Made by a program: the position numbers and the translations under genes. Below, one piece after another: positions 41,467 to 54,753 of a stretch of DNA of 64,000 nucleotides. The stretch's first letter is position 1. Each line of letters opens with the position of its first letter. The notes beneath the pieces are model-generated. The model saw only the letters and a program-made list of their open reading frames with translations, ran no database searches and had not been told where the DNA came from. Source of the stretch: Octopus vulgaris (Eukaryota); NCBI GenBank assembly GCA_951406725.2, contig OX597828.1, positions 33,790,001-33,854,000 of the forward strand, given 5' to 3'.

Positions 41467-42177
41467 AGCCTCAGAAGTTAATTATCAACAGTGCCCCCTG
41501 ACTGGCCCTTGTGTCAGTGGCACATAAAAAGTACCATCTGAGCGTGGTCGATGTCAAAGCTCCCTGACTGGCTCCCATGCCACTGGCACATAAAAAGCAC
41601 CATCCAAAAACGGTCGATGGCAGTGCCGCCTGACTGGCCTACATGCCAGTGGCACATAAAAAGCACCCATTACACTCTTGGAGTGGGTGGAAATAGGAAG
41701 GGCATCCAGCTGTAGAAACCTTGCCAGATCAGATTGAAGCCCAATGCAGCCTACTGTCTTGCCAGTCCTCAATCAAAGTGTCCAACCCATGGCAGCATGG
41801 AAAGCAGACATTAAATGATGATAATGATGATGATGATTATCTTCAGTTTCCTTGGTTATACCATATTTTGACTGTCTATATACAAGTGGTTAGACTGTTG
41901 CACTCACGATGGGTTCAATTCCCAAACCAGACAGTGCATTGTGTTCTTGAGCAAAACACTTCACTTCATGTTGTCCCACTCCACTCAGCTGTAAAAGGGT
42001 CACCCTGTGGATGGACTAACCTTCTGATCAAGGTGTGGGGGGGATGTTGGCCTGTAAGCCTAGCCAGTGGGGTGACATCATTCAAAAGCTAAAACAATAC
42101 AAAGTACACTGTGACTAGCGATGTATAACAACATTCAATAGTCTGGTTGATACAATGATACTGTGATAAATAAGTGA

Positions 42178-42800
42178 CTTATTTCTTTATTGCCCACAAG
42201 GGGCTAAACATAGAGGGGACAAACAAGGACAGACAAAGGGATTAAGTCAATTACATCGACCCCAGTGCGTAACTGGTACTTAATTTATTGACCCCGAAAG
42301 GATGAAAGGCAAAGTCGACCTCAGCGGAATTTAAACTCAGAAGGTAACGGCAGATGAAATACTGCTAAGCATTTCGCCCAGTGTGCTAACGTTTCTTATT
42401 TCTTTACTACCCACAAGGGGCTAAACATAGAGGGGACAAACAAGGACAGACAAAGGGATTAAGTCGATTACATCGACACCAGTGTGTAACTGGTACTTAA
42501 TTTATTGACCCCGAAAGGATGAAAGGCAAAGTCGACCTCAGCGGAATTTAAACTCAGAAGGTAACGGCAGACGAAATACCACTAAGCATTTCACCTGGCG
42601 TGCTAATGCTTCTTATTTCTTTATTGCCTATAAGGGGCTAAACATAGAGGGGACAAACAAGGACAGACAAAGGGATTAAGTCAATTACATCGACACCAGT
42701 GCGTAACTGGTACTTAATTTATCGACCCCGAAAAGGATGAAAGGCAAAGTTGACCTCGGCAGAATTTGAACTCAGAATGTTTCTGCCAGCTCGCTGCCTT
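42178..42800 (-). mobile_element. Three-unit concatemer of SINE family C
   Basis: Same unit and junction as 32675-33534. Flanking repeat tgtgataaataagt at 42162-42175 and 42804-42817. Confidence 0.8.
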
Positions 42801-42884
42801 GGTTGTGATAAATAAGTTACTAATACACTGAAGAAAAACCTAAAGGAAAAAAAAATCTAAGAAAGGGAAAATTCCGAATCCTAC

Positions 42885-43007
42885 CTCAGGAGTTAGTTTT
42901 GGCCGTCCACCTTGGCAGATAAAATTATTAACATGAGATTCTTTCCATAATGGTTGCTGACAGGTGACCAATTCATAGATAAACATTCCAAAGGAGAAAC
43001 TATCAAC
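42885..43007 (-). CDS. LRRK1: LRRK1-like exon, kinase subdomains IX-X
   Basis: Acceptor ccttttcag and donor gtagga. VDSFSFGMFIYELVTCQQPLWKESHVNNFICQGGRPKLTPE. 123 nt. Confidence 0.93.
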
Positions 43008-43280
43008 CTGAAAAGGAAAAAAACAACAAAATTCATATCTTTTTATTTTGTGTATTTGAGAATTTTTTCATTTACACTGGGCACCCAGCACACATTGAAG
43101 AGTGGTTGGCATTAAGTAAGAAGGGCATCATGTTGCAGAAACCATGTCAGAAGAGACAACTGGAGTTTGGACAGCTAGCCAGATGGCCAGCTCCTGTCAA
43201 ACTGTCCAAACCATGCCAGTATGGAAAATAAACATTAAAATAATAATAATAATAATGATGACGACGACGACGACGACGAC

Positions 43281-43313
<33 letters not shown>

Positions 43314-43828
43314 AATCATCATCACCCCCACCACCACCATCATCATCGTTTAACGTCCGCTTCTCCATGCTAGCATGGGTTGGACGGTTCAACTGGGGTC
43401 TGGGGAGCCCGAAGGCCAGTCAGATCTGGCAGTGTTTCTACAGCTGGATGCCCTTCCTAACGCCAACCACTCCGAGAGTGTAGTGGGTGATTTTATGTGC
43501 CACCGACACAGGTGCCAGACGAGGCTGGCGAACGGCCATGCTCGGATGGTGTTTTTTATGTGCCACCGACACAGGTGCCAGACAAGGCTGGCGAACGGCC
43601 ATGCTCGGATGGTGTTTTTTATGTGCTACCGACACAGGTGCCAGACGAATAAAAAATATATATCAAACTTACTTATAACCAAAGAAATTCTAACAATAAC
43701 CATTTTATTTTTGTATTCCAAGACAAAGCATTTAAGATATTATCCAATTAAAAAGCTGAAATAGATATAGTTGTTATTTCTAGCAGACCAAGCAATCAAA
43801 TAAAGGCCCAGAAGTGTTTTGTATGGGT

Positions 43829-44210
43829 ACTCTTTGACGTGTTTCAGTCATTTAATTGCGGCCATGCTGGAGCACCACCTTTAGTCGAGCAAATTGACCA
43901 TAGGACTTATTCTTTGTAAGCCTGGTACTTATTCTATTGGTCTCTTTTGCCAAACTGTTAGGTTACAGGGACATAAACACACCACCATCGGTTGTCAAGC
44001 AATGTTGGGAGGACAAACACAGACACAAACATATACACACACATACATATACAAATATATACATATATACGACGGGCTTCTTTCAGTTTCCATCTACCAA
44101 ATCTACTCACAAGGCTTTGGTTAGTCTGAGGCTATAGTAGAAGACACTTGCCCAAGGTGCTACACAGTGGGACTGAACCCGGAACCATGTGGTTGTTAAG
44201 CAAGCTTCTT
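43829..44210 (-). mobile_element. SINE family A
   Basis: Reverse-oriented copy with a truncated head. Confidence 0.75.
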
Positions 44211-44229
44211 TATTTCATTCAATTTACCA

Positions 44230-45200
44230 TCAAGGCATTACATAGAAGTAGTAGCTGCAGGTTGGACGATAACATTAATGAGATGAATGATGAATAAAAA
44301 AATGGTATTAATGAGGGCAGGCAGAAGACGCCCATCGATCGCTGCTTCTCTAAAACATTGTTCTTTTACAAAACATACAGTTTGAGGTAATAAACCTCTT
44401 ACTAATGTTCCATTGGACACAAGGTCCTTACAACGAGGCACTAAGCCTCTTACCAAAAATAATTCAATGTCCTTACAAATGAGACACTAGGCCTCTTACA
44501 TTTTCTCTTATGGGCCATATGCCCATTCAGTATGAGGCACTCAGCTTCTTAATTTTACTATTTTCCACCCCGCTGACACCCGACCAGGCTCAAAGCGTCA
44601 CTCAAGTACTCCGATAGTGCCAGATCAGGGTGCCTTAATTGGAAGCAGAAAACATCTTCTGGGAAGGAATTCACTACCTTGAAAAGATCCGTGTCTGAGA
44701 TGACCTCCACAGCTACCTGCAGAAGCCATCCAGGATCTTTAATGCGGGTTATGTCTCCTCCCCAGGCAAACTTTTTAGTAAACTTTCCCACTGCCTCTCC
44801 CCTGCAGAAGAAGACCAAAAATTCGTCCTCCACATGGGTCGAGGCCACAACTTCCACTGTCAGTGGCACAATTCCCACTGACAGGGCTTAGGAACATGCT
44901 GGCAATGTATTAACCACCAGCACTGCCCCGTTTTTCTTTTTTTTTTTTTTGTTCCTTTTGCTACGGGAGGGTGTAATTCCTCTGCTTTAACCAGAGGATC
45001 TTCCCTCTCTCCTGCAGCCTTGGAAGTCCTTCAGTGGGCAACCATTGTTGCCCACCTTCTACCTTTCTTTTTTCCCCTTTTTTGGAAGGGAAGTCTCCAC
45101 TGCCTCCATCTCTCCCTCCAAAGGAGGAGGTGGGAGTTCTTCCATAACTAACTGTTCCAGGACCTTACTATGGTCCTGGGAACAGTTCTTTTTAACGTAA
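44230..45200 (-). mobile_element. Probable LINE (L1/Tx1-like) ORF1 remnant
   Basis: GC-richer block with a broken minus-strand ORF (44558-44878) and lysine-rich stretches. It has no splice fit to the kinase gene. The family assignment is a guess. Confidence 0.35.
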
Positions 45201-45738
45201 ATAATGATGAAATAAAGTGCTCAAGGACACAATGCATCACCGGGAATTGAACTCATGACCTTACAGTTGTGAGCAGGATGCCCTAACCACTAGGCCATGT
45301 GCCTTCACTAGAAACAAGATACAATATGCATGTGTACCATGGGCAAATGTAAAACAAAACCCAGGGCCATTACAAAAGAAATTGCTAGTCCCTGTTCTAT
45401 ATTATCACTTAACCATTTAGCATTCAGGTTACTCTGCCAAACATTTATTTGTCCATATTGTTTTGAATTAACCATGCATTATCTCATAACTTTAAGATTT
45501 TGGTGATGTGATTGTTTATTTTTAGAATGACATTTTAGGGTAAGTGTAAGCAGCCGAATCTGGAGCGTTTGAACATAAAACAACTGGAAAGTCAGGGCTG
45601 GATATGACTGGTTTAAATGCTAAAGAGTTAACCCTTTCAACAATAACCTGTCTGAGATCATCTCTGATTTCCTTTATCAGATTTGAAGCTCTTTTGAAGT
45701 GGTTTAAATTAAAACCCTCCATCAAACTTTTGATAATT

Positions 45739-45741
<3 letters not shown>

Positions 45742-45788
<47 letters not shown>

Positions 45789-46066
45789 AATTATTGTATA
45801 CAGTGCTCAGGTGCACCACAACTTGTCAGAAAGTGCATATATAGTACATGCAGTAATGTAGAAATGTCTGGAAAGCGAACAATGTATGAGTCAGATACAT
45901 GCTTGTGTGTGTATGGAGGGGAGAAAATCAAGTGTAGAGTTGGCGAATCTCAGGAGGCATGGAAGTTTTGAAGGATGCGGTGCTCCGACAACTAACAACC
46001 GATGCCAGCAGTTTGTTCCATTCTTCAGCAACTCTCAGTGTGAAAAAATGTTTCCTGAAGTCATGA
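45742..46066 (-). mobile_element. CR1-type LINE 3' fragment
   Basis: Minus strand encodes approximately HDFRKHFFTLRVAEEWNKL..SVVSCRSTASFKTS (CR1 RT C-terminus), then a short 3' UTR and an (ATT)n tail. Confidence 0.7.
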
Positions 46067-47559
46067 ATTAATTGAAACATAATTAATTGAAACAAGGGCT
46101 AAGTATTTCAGCAGAAATCTGGCCTGGCAACAAAAGGGTTGATTTGCTAGAAACAGCAGCCAAAATATGCATCATTTTACACTCTTCAATCTGATATAAG
46201 CAAAGGACACATTAGACAATGTAATTCTATTTGAAATACTGATTAGATTTTTATCATGGATTTGCTCAATCAGATCTGACATGTGAAGGCTTTCATAGTC
46301 AGACATTTTTGTTTATTTCTTTCAGTGATTGGGAGCCAATGGCTATAATTAACAACCTCAAAATAATGAGGTCGTCTCTATGTGGTCACTCTACCTGCAA
46401 GAAATAGAAACCAAATTTCATCCAAATTAAAAGTAAGAAAAACGACAGGTTGAATGTTATACACTTATATACAATGTCTAAAAATAAATGACATGATGGT
46501 CAAGGCAAGAAGGCTTTTTATCCTAATTCTGCTTCATCAGGGCTGACCTGAAATTGAACTACAACTAATGGTGTCAGGATTTTGTCATTCAATGCTTAAG
46601 GACTTAATAATAGAACAGAGGCCATAAAAAGCTTCTGGGATGTGGCCTTCACAAGGAACATAACTCTCTTCTTTTGTTTTGGTCTTTTTTCTTACCTGTC
46701 ATACTTCATATTCTTAGCTCATGGTTTTCAGATCAGTTCCACTCCACAACATCTTGGGTAAAGTGTCTCCTACCATAGAACTAGGTCAACCAATGCTTCA
46801 TGAGTGAATTTGTGTGGAAGCTTCTGTGTGTGTGTGTGTGTGTATTATTTAATAAATACAGTATATATTCTTTTGAGCTACTAACAGTTTCAAACGATAA
46901 AAACAATTCAGACAGCATTTTATAACATGCTTGGTGCTTTCATGCAATCCTCGGGGATGAAACTAGGCTAAGTATTTCAACAGAAATCTGGCAACAAACG
47001 GGTTCACTTGCTAGAAACAGCAGGCAAATATCCATCATATTACACTCTTAAGAAATCTGAAATAAGCAAAGCCAGCTCCTAGAAATATATATTGTGTTTA
47101 TTAAAGAATATTTATCTCTCACCAGATGGAGTCCTTCTTGCCTTGACCATCATGTCATCATGGAACAGTACATTACATATGTGTGTGTGTCTTTGTGTTT
47201 GTATCCCCTGCCCCATGCTTAACAACTGGTGTTGGTTTATTTACATCCCCGTAACTTAGTGGTTTGACAAAACTGACCAGCAGAATAAGCACCAGTTTAA
47301 AAAAAAAAAATCACCAAGAATTGATTTGTCCAAGAGAACTTTTCAAGGTTGTGCCCCAGTATGGCCACAGTCCAATGACTGAAACAAAATGGGTCAAAAA
47401 AAAAGAAAAGAAATTTTTTATCTGTAGGAACATAGAAACAAAAAAGAAAAAAAAACAAACATTCAAGACAGTGTTCCAGCATGGCCACAGTTAAATGACT
47501 GAAACAAGTAAAAAAAAAAAAAAGATAAAAAAAAATAACCCTTTAATTAGATCTCTTAC

Positions 47560-47811
47560 CTTATCTGTATAGATGTCCTTTCCAACATGTTGAAGTATCT
47601 CTGGAGCAATGAAAGGTGGCGTTCCACCAAAGCCTTTAGTTCCAGTCGGTAGGGACATACGACTGATGCCGTAGTCAGCAAGTCTGACATCAACGTGGAA
47701 GTCAGGCTTTACTGTAAGTGGAATGGGGAATGACCAGACAAGGACGTTTTCCGATTTAAGGTCGCGGTAGATTATTCCTTTTGAATGGAGATAAGATAAT
47801 GCTGAAGCAAT
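47560..47811 (-). CDS. LRRK1: LRRK1-like exon, catalytic and activation loops
   Basis: Acceptor cctttcag and donor gtaaga. IASALSYLHSKGIIYRDLKSENVLVW...VRLADYGISRMSLPTGTKGFGGTPPFIAPEILQHVGKDIYTDK. DYG in place of DFG is an LRRK hallmark. 252 nt, not in the ORF track. Confidence 0.95.
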
Positions 47812-48473
47812 CTGAAAGGTGGGAAAAAAAGGAAGAGATAAGATTTTTTTGAAAAATGGAGAAGACTTGAAGGATTATTATGTTAAGAAATATTTCAAAA
47901 CACATCACCATCATACACAGAAGCTCATTAAGTGTGTGTGTGTGTACGTGTGAGTATATGTGGGATACAAAACTCTACTTGTGAAGACCTGTTGAGGCAA
48001 GTGAAAATCAAAATCAAAATCAAAATCGATCAACATCAATGGAAATCATAGCTGTGATACCAGTGCCGGTGGCACATAAGAGAACCATCCGAATGTGGCC
48101 ATTTCCAGCGCCGCCCCGACTGGCCTCTGTGCCGGTGACACGTAAAAAGCACCATCCGATCGTGGTCATTTGCCAGCCTCGTCTGGCACCTGTGCCGGTG
48201 GCACGTAAAAAGCACCCACTACACTCATGAAGTGGTTGGCATTAGGAAGGGCATCCAGCTGTAGAAACATTGCCAGATCATACTGGGCCTTGTGCAGCCT
48301 TCTGGCTTCCCAGACCCCAGTTGAACCATCCAACCCATGCCAGCATGGAAAGCGGACGCTAAACAATGATGATGATGATGACAAAGTACGGGGGTTTAGT
48401 TCACAGGTGATCTAAACGATCAGGTACGCTAGGTAAGTGCTGGAACGGATTAATGTTTGTTGACCTCTTTAAC

Positions 48474-48508
<35 letters not shown>

Positions 48509-49198
48509 CATTTAAAGGTAATTGTTATGGCTGGTCAGAGAGTAACCATTGGTTTCACACCTATAAAGCACTTAGATGTATAGGTGACTCACCAGATTCA
48601 AACACCCAATGGCACATAACGTCTCTCTCTCTCTCTCTCTCCATGTGTGTGTGTGTGTGTGTGGTGAAAGATAAGGGGACTTATAAAACAGGTCAGGGCA
48701 AATCAACAGCAAAGCACAATGACACTATACTAACCCCCTCATTCCTAATTGAATCAAATGGTATATTTATCAATTCTTTGCTGGGAATTTTTAGATATGT
48801 AGCCATTATGTCAATGGTACATATTACCTTATAAATCTATCATGGAACATTATCTGAAGATGTGACAAAGACACATAAACACCTTATAACATAATATTAT
48901 ATAATCCTACATGTTATTGCATACCAAATTGTATGAAACAATGAGTTCATAATAAATCTGCTACTGAACCACATGTAGTAATTAATTTATAAAGAGTTTG
49001 TAACTAATGAAGAGAGTCTCAATATGATTAGAAATAGCAACCAAATTTACTTCAAATCACACCATATACTTTCTTTAAAAAAATGAACATATCCGATAAA
49101 ATAATCTTGGTAATAAAGGTCATAATAATAAAGATCAAGATCCCTCCCAAGTCATAGAGATTCATAGGGCTGGTTTCCTGATTTCCATGGCGTATATG

Positions 49199-49268
<70 letters not shown>

Positions 49269-49416
49269 TTTCAAATTTTAGCACCAGGCCAGCAATGTTG
49301 TGGGAGGGAGCAAGTCGATTACATTGACCCCCATTGCTCAGCTGGTACTTATTTCACTGACCCTAAAAGTATGACAGGCAAACTTGGACCTTGGTGGAAT
49401 TTGAACTCAAAGGTAA

Positions 49417-49878
49417 GGTCTACAGGAGTTGTGTGAGAGCTGCAATGCTGTATGGGAACGAGAGAGAGAGAGATGGTAATTCTGAGAAGGACTGAGAGAG
49501 CAATGGTGAGAGAAATGTGTGACATGAGGCTGTTTGATAAGAGGAGGCCTAAGGACTTGATGAGGATGCTGGGGTTGGATGAATCAGTGGAACGGCTGGC
49601 AAGGGCAAATGGAGTGCGGTGGTATGGGTATGTGTTGAGGAGGGATGAGGATCATGTTCTGAGTAGGGGGATTGTGTTTGAGGTAAATGGACAACAAAAG
49701 TGAGGTAGACCAAAGGAAATATGGAGGGGACAGGTGGAGGATGAGATTGGAAAGGTTAGCTTGAGAAGGGCAAGATGGAGAGATGGGGTGAGGGCAGTTG
49801 TTGTGGCATTGAGGTAGATCTGGCCACCCCCATTAACGGGGACAAAACCTGGATTTAAAATGATGGATGGCGATGATG
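49417..49878 (+). mobile_element. RTE-clade LINE 3' fragment inserted into a family C SINE
   Basis: AMLYG...LRRTERAMVREMC...RWYGYVLRRDEDHVL. Has a (GAT) tail and TSD aaggtaa at 49410-49416 and 49879-49885. Confidence 0.75.
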
Positions 49879-50186
49879 AAGGTAAAGACAGATAAAATAC
49901 TGTTACACATTTTGCCCAGCACATTAAGGATTCTGCTAGCTTGCCGCTTTGCCTGAGCTTAATCTATTGGTTTCAAAGGAGGCGAGCTGGCGTATTTACG
50001 TTCTGAGTTCAAATTCTGCCGAGGTCGACTTTACCTTTCATCCTTTCAGGATTGATTAAATAAGTACCAGTTATGCACTGGGGTCAATGTAATAGACTTA
50101 ATCCCTTTGTCTGTCCTTGTTTGTACCCTCTATGTTTAGCCCCCTGTAGGCAATAAAGAAATAAAAAAAATTTTTAAAAATCTATT

Positions 50187-50381
50187 ATTTACATTTAACA
50201 GATATTTGTCCTCATATTGTGTGTCATTAACACAATGTTTCAGCTGATATACCCTCCAGCCTTCATCAGGTGTCTTGGGGAAATTTTGAACCTGGATTCT
50301 CGTTCCTAAGATATTTTACGATGTAATAATAATGCTAATAATAATAATAATAATTCCTCATCTCTTACATACAGAACTGAA
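50187..50381 (-). mobile_element. Same tRNA/HHR family, truncated and partly inverted copy
   Basis: Minus-strand gacac CTGATGA aggctg..cagct GAAAC att gtgtt, then a plus-strand terminal piece. Flanked by aaaaatctatt at 50176-50186 and 50382-50392. Confidence 0.65.
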
Positions 50382-50573
50382 AAAAATCTATTGTTTCAAA
50401 TTTTGGCACAAAGCCAGCAATCTTGGGGGAGGGAGCAAATAGATTACATCAACCTGAGAGGAGGATGAAAGGCAAAGTTTACTTCGATAGAATTTAAACT
50501 CAGAACCTAAAGATGGACAAAATGTCACAAAGCATTTTGCCTGGTGCAGTAACCATTCTGCTAACTTGCTACC

Positions 50574-51286
50574 TTAACCCTTTCATTACCGTATTTCTTT
50601 TGAGATGCTCTGTGTTTCTTTCAGTTAATTTTAAATATAACTAAGAATTTAGTAAAGTAATTTAGTTACCATTATGCTAGTGTTAGGAACTTAAATTGTG
50701 ACTAAGGTTTGGTGGAAGATTTTAATTCAGAACATTTGAAAACAAGACATTTGTACTACAGAGCCAGAGGTGATTTCAGCCAGTTTGGTATCAAAAGGGT
50801 TAAATTAATAATCTGTTAACCCTTTGTTAACCATATTTCTGTTGAGATGTTCTGTGTTTCTTTCAGTTAATTTTAAATATAACTAAGAATTTAGTAAAGT
50901 AATTTAGTTACTATTAAGCTAGTGTTAGGAACTTAAATTGTGACTAAGGTTTGGTGGAAGATTTTAATTCAGAACATTTGAAAACAAGACATTTGTACTA
51001 CAGAGCCAGAGGTGATTTCAGCCAGTTTGGTATCAAAAGGGTTAAATTAATAATCTGTTAACCCTTTGTTACCATATTTCTGTTGAGATGTTCTGTGTTT
51101 CTTTCAGTTAATTTTAAATATAACTAAGAATTTAGTAAAGTAATTTAGTTATCATTAAGCTAGTATTAGGAACATAAGTTTTGACTAAGGTTTGATGGAA
51201 GATTTTAATTCAGAACTTATGAAAACAAGACATTTGTACTACAGAGCCAGAGGTGGTTTCAGCCGGGTTGGTATCGAAGTGGTTAA
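50574..51286. mobile_element. Three tandem piggyBac-like MITEs (242-bp period)
   Basis: Units run TTAA-CCCTTT...AAAGGG-TTAA (third end diverged) with the spacer attaataatctg. A related single copy lies at about 21035-21232. Confidence 0.8.
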
Positions 51287-51327
51287 CAACAATAGTAATT
51301 TCAGAAAGAGACTCATTGACTACAAAC

Positions 51328-51564
51328 CTGTAATATAACATTTTTAACAGCAAACACAGGCAGCATGTCTTGCTTATCTCGATATGTTTTCAATAAAGAA
51401 TTCAGTGAGCCATGTGGTGCCAATTCAAGAACTAAGGCCAAAGGATGAATAACGACGCCCAAAAGTTCAACAATCTGTGGATGATGAAGAGACTGAAGAA
51501 TTGCAATCTCTTGCCGTGCTGTTGTATACGCATGGACTGCATTATACATACGATGGTCAATTGT
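51328..51564 (-). CDS. LRRK1: LRRK1-like exon, kinase alphaC to hinge
   Basis: Acceptor ttcttctgcag and donor gtttgt. TIDHRMYNAVHAYTTARQEIAILQSLHHPQIVELLGVVIHPLALVLELAPHGSL...VILQ. 237 nt. Confidence 0.93.
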
Positions 51565-52390
51565 CTGCAGAAGAAAAAGAAAAAAAAGAATACAGATTAG
51601 TTCACAGAAAACAATAATCTTACAGAAAATACAATTTTATAATGAATTAACTAATATATAGAATTAGGTCTTTTCTGGGCCCTAGAACCTATAAAGTTGG
51701 ATCTTAGCCTGGTTTCCATGTCTAAGCAACTGAAATTACAACACTGCCTGATGAATGTGATTCTGGTCTATTTCAGGATTAACTCCCCTGTCTATTGCTG
51801 GAATTCAAATACACTAATCCCTTGACTATTGTAGGTGTTTTGTTCCAAAACCTGCCATGATAGACGAAAATCCGCAACAGTAGAAACAGTACTGTACTGT
51901 ATATATATTTTATCATTTTTATAATTTGGTGTTAGGAAGGTTGGCATTAGGAAGGGCATCCAGCTGTAGAAACACTGCCAGATCAGACTGGAGCCTGGTG
52001 CAGCCTTCTGGCTTTCCAGATCCTGGTCAAACCATCAAACCCATGCTAGCATGGAAAACGGACATTAAACGATGATGATGATGATGTATATATTTTTTTT
52101 ATTATAAATGCAAAACAACACCACAAACTCGCCTCCCAAGTTTTGTTTTTCATACAAAATGTATGATTCTTCGTTTACTCATCTATGCTACACTGCATAT
52201 TTTCTTTTAATATATTTTAATTAATTTGTTATGCAATGCAGTACTCTACTCTATTTCTATTTATTAATTCATTAATTTTTAGGCTTATTTTTACCACAGA
52301 AATAATTAAAATTCAAAGAAATATATATATAAATACCTATTGGCCACAGAAACCTCCATTTACAAATATTATTTCAACAACTAAATATAC

Positions 52391-52751
52391 TTCTATATTT
52401 CAGAGATGAGGAATTATGTACATTATTTACATTATTCACATTTCACAGATATTTGTTCCCATCTTGTTTGTTGTTAATACAACATTTCAGCTGATATACC
52501 CTCCAGCCTTCATCAGGTGTGCTGGGGAAATTTCGAACCTGGGTTCTCATTCTTAAGGTATTTCTCGATGTTATTATTATTATCATTATTATTATTATTC
52601 GGGTCACTACCTGGAATCGAACTTGGAATCTTGGGGTTCGTAGTCCATGCTCTTAACCACTATGCCATATGCCCATGGGCATATATTAATAATAATAATA
52701 AAATCGAAAAATACTTTAGGAGTGAGAACCCAGATTCGAAATTTCCCCAAA
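52391..52751 (-). mobile_element. Same tRNA/HHR family, full minus copy with inverted partial arm
   Basis: Minus strand has A box tggcatagtgg, B box gttcgattcc and HHR core CTGATGA..GAAAT GTT. The inversion centre is the palindrome atatgcccatgggcatat at 52667-52684. Confidence 0.72.
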
Positions 52752-52809
52752 ATGAAGATGATGATGATGATGATGATGAAAATGATGATGATGAAGATGC
52801 AGCAGCAGC

Positions 52810-53330
52810 GGTGGTGATGATGATGTCCATTGGTGCCTTTGAGTGGCACATCAGGCAGTCAGAGATCGCCAATTATCTCCATCCCTGGCCAACTGGTTTG
52901 CTTCTTCCCAGGTGATGTTCAGTCTGCATAGGTCTTCTTTGAAGGTACTATGCCATGTCTTCCTTGGCCAGCCTCTTTTTCTCTTACCCTCCACCAGTGT
53001 CCAGCCCATAACTGTTTTGGCAAACCTCTCCTCTGGCAATTTTCGTACATGACCAGCCATTCTCATTTGTCATTCAGTTACAATCGCATACAGGGGCCTT
53101 ACTCTTGCTGCTTGGAGAATGGCTTCATTTGTCACTCTGTCTCAATAAAAGATTCTTAGGAACTTCCTGAGGCACCACTGATGAAATATGTTGAGCTGGC
53201 AGACAACTTTTTGCTGTCATCTTCCACCATGGCCTGGCCCCAAGTCCAGGATCAGAAAGGAGGAGGGTTAGGAATTGAGCTAGCAACCCAACCCTGTAAA
53301 AACTTACACTGCTAAAGAAACAATCAGTCA
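52810..53330 (-). mobile_element. RTE-clade LINE remnant (internally deleted)
   Basis: MAGHVRKLPEERFAKTVMGWTLVEGKRKRGWPRKTW is an RTE ORF C-terminus. (CAT)n tail. Confidence 0.7.
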
Positions 53331-53506
53331 TAGTATACTACCAAATATATATTAAAGGTTTATAAGTTTTTTTCTCTTTTATTCTCTATCCTTTACTTTA
53401 TTCAGCCATTGGACTGTAAACAAGGGCTAAAATCAATAATCAAATAATTTATCACAAACAACAATCAGAAACCGAGTGATTATTAACCAATGAAATTCAA
53501 ACTTAC

Positions 53507-53566
53507 CGTACTATTTCTTTTAGTATCAGACAAATTTTTTATGGCACTTGATTTCGTAGGCAAATT
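53507..53566 (-). CDS. LRRK1: LRRK1-like 60-nt exon with the kinase subdomain II lysine
   Basis: Acceptor ttttctcag and donor gtaagt. NLPTKSSAIKNLSDTKRNST supplies the otherwise missing AxK motif between the G-loop and alphaC exons. Not in the ORF track. Confidence 0.8.
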
Positions 53567-54408
53567 CTGAGAAAATTCAACAGAACATGTTACATAGTTA
53601 TTTTTTACATCATACATTTGCATAATAATTATATAATGGTTGGTAAAATTGAGAAAAAGTCATACATTTTTAATGGCCTTGGAATAACCAATTCTGTCTA
53701 TCACAGCTTTGATTAGCTTTTAGTCATCATCATCACGATCCACTTTTAGCATCTACTTTTCCATACATGCATGGATCAGAGGGAATTTGTTAAGGCAGAT
53801 GGCATGTAAAAGCACCCACTACACTCTCGGAGTAGTTGGCATTAGGAAGGGCATCCAGCTGTAGAAACTCTGCCAGATCAAGATTGGAGCCTGGTGCAGC
53901 CATCTGGCTCGTCAGTCATCAGTCAAATCGTCCAACCTATGCTAGCATGGAAAGCAGACGTTTAACAATGATGATGATGATGATGATGAGATTTTCTATG
54001 GCTGGATGCTCTTCCTGTCACCAACCTCCACTTGTTTCCAAGCAAGATAATATTTCCCCCATGGCCTGACATGTTTTCATGGAAGAGTAGAAATGAAAGA
54101 AACCGCTTGTATAATGGTGACACTCTTTTACAACTATCACACAATCTCAAAACAAGAAGGCGCAAATATACACATACCCATACATACATACACACACACA
54201 CACAATGGGCTTCCATAAGTTTCCATCTACAACATCTACTCGCAAGGCATTGGTTGGTCCAGGGCTATAATATATAGAAGGAAACACTAGCCCAAAGTGC
54301 TACGGAGGGGAGGACTGTACCTGGAATCGCATGGTTTGGAAGTGAACTTCCCAACCACATCGACATGTTGGCACCTCTAGCCATGTCTGCACTCATTCAG
54401 TATGGGGT

Positions 54409-54637
54409 TTAACCCTTTAGCATTCAAGCTGGCCATATCCAGCCCAAATATTCTCCCTGTTTTATGGTGAAACTGACCAGATCTGGCCTCTCACACTTAC
54501 TCTACCATGTCATGCTAAATATAAACAATCACATCATCAAAATCTCAAAGCTAAGAGATAATACAGGATTAATTCAAAACAATTTGAATAAATCAGTATT
54601 ACGTTGCACAGAGTAATCTGAATGCCAAAGGATTAAA
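54409..54637. mobile_element. piggyBac-like MITE (second family)
   Basis: ttaaccctttagcattca...tgaatgccaaaggattaa. Relatives at about 38485-38660 and 45409-45632. Confidence 0.65.
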
Positions 54638-54753
54638 TCTGACCCTCCAATAACAAATATTAACAGCAGCTCACAAAAGATGGATTAACTAATTCATTTG
54701 TGAGTGATTTGTATATAACGATTATAAACAATCAAAAATAATGAACACATATA

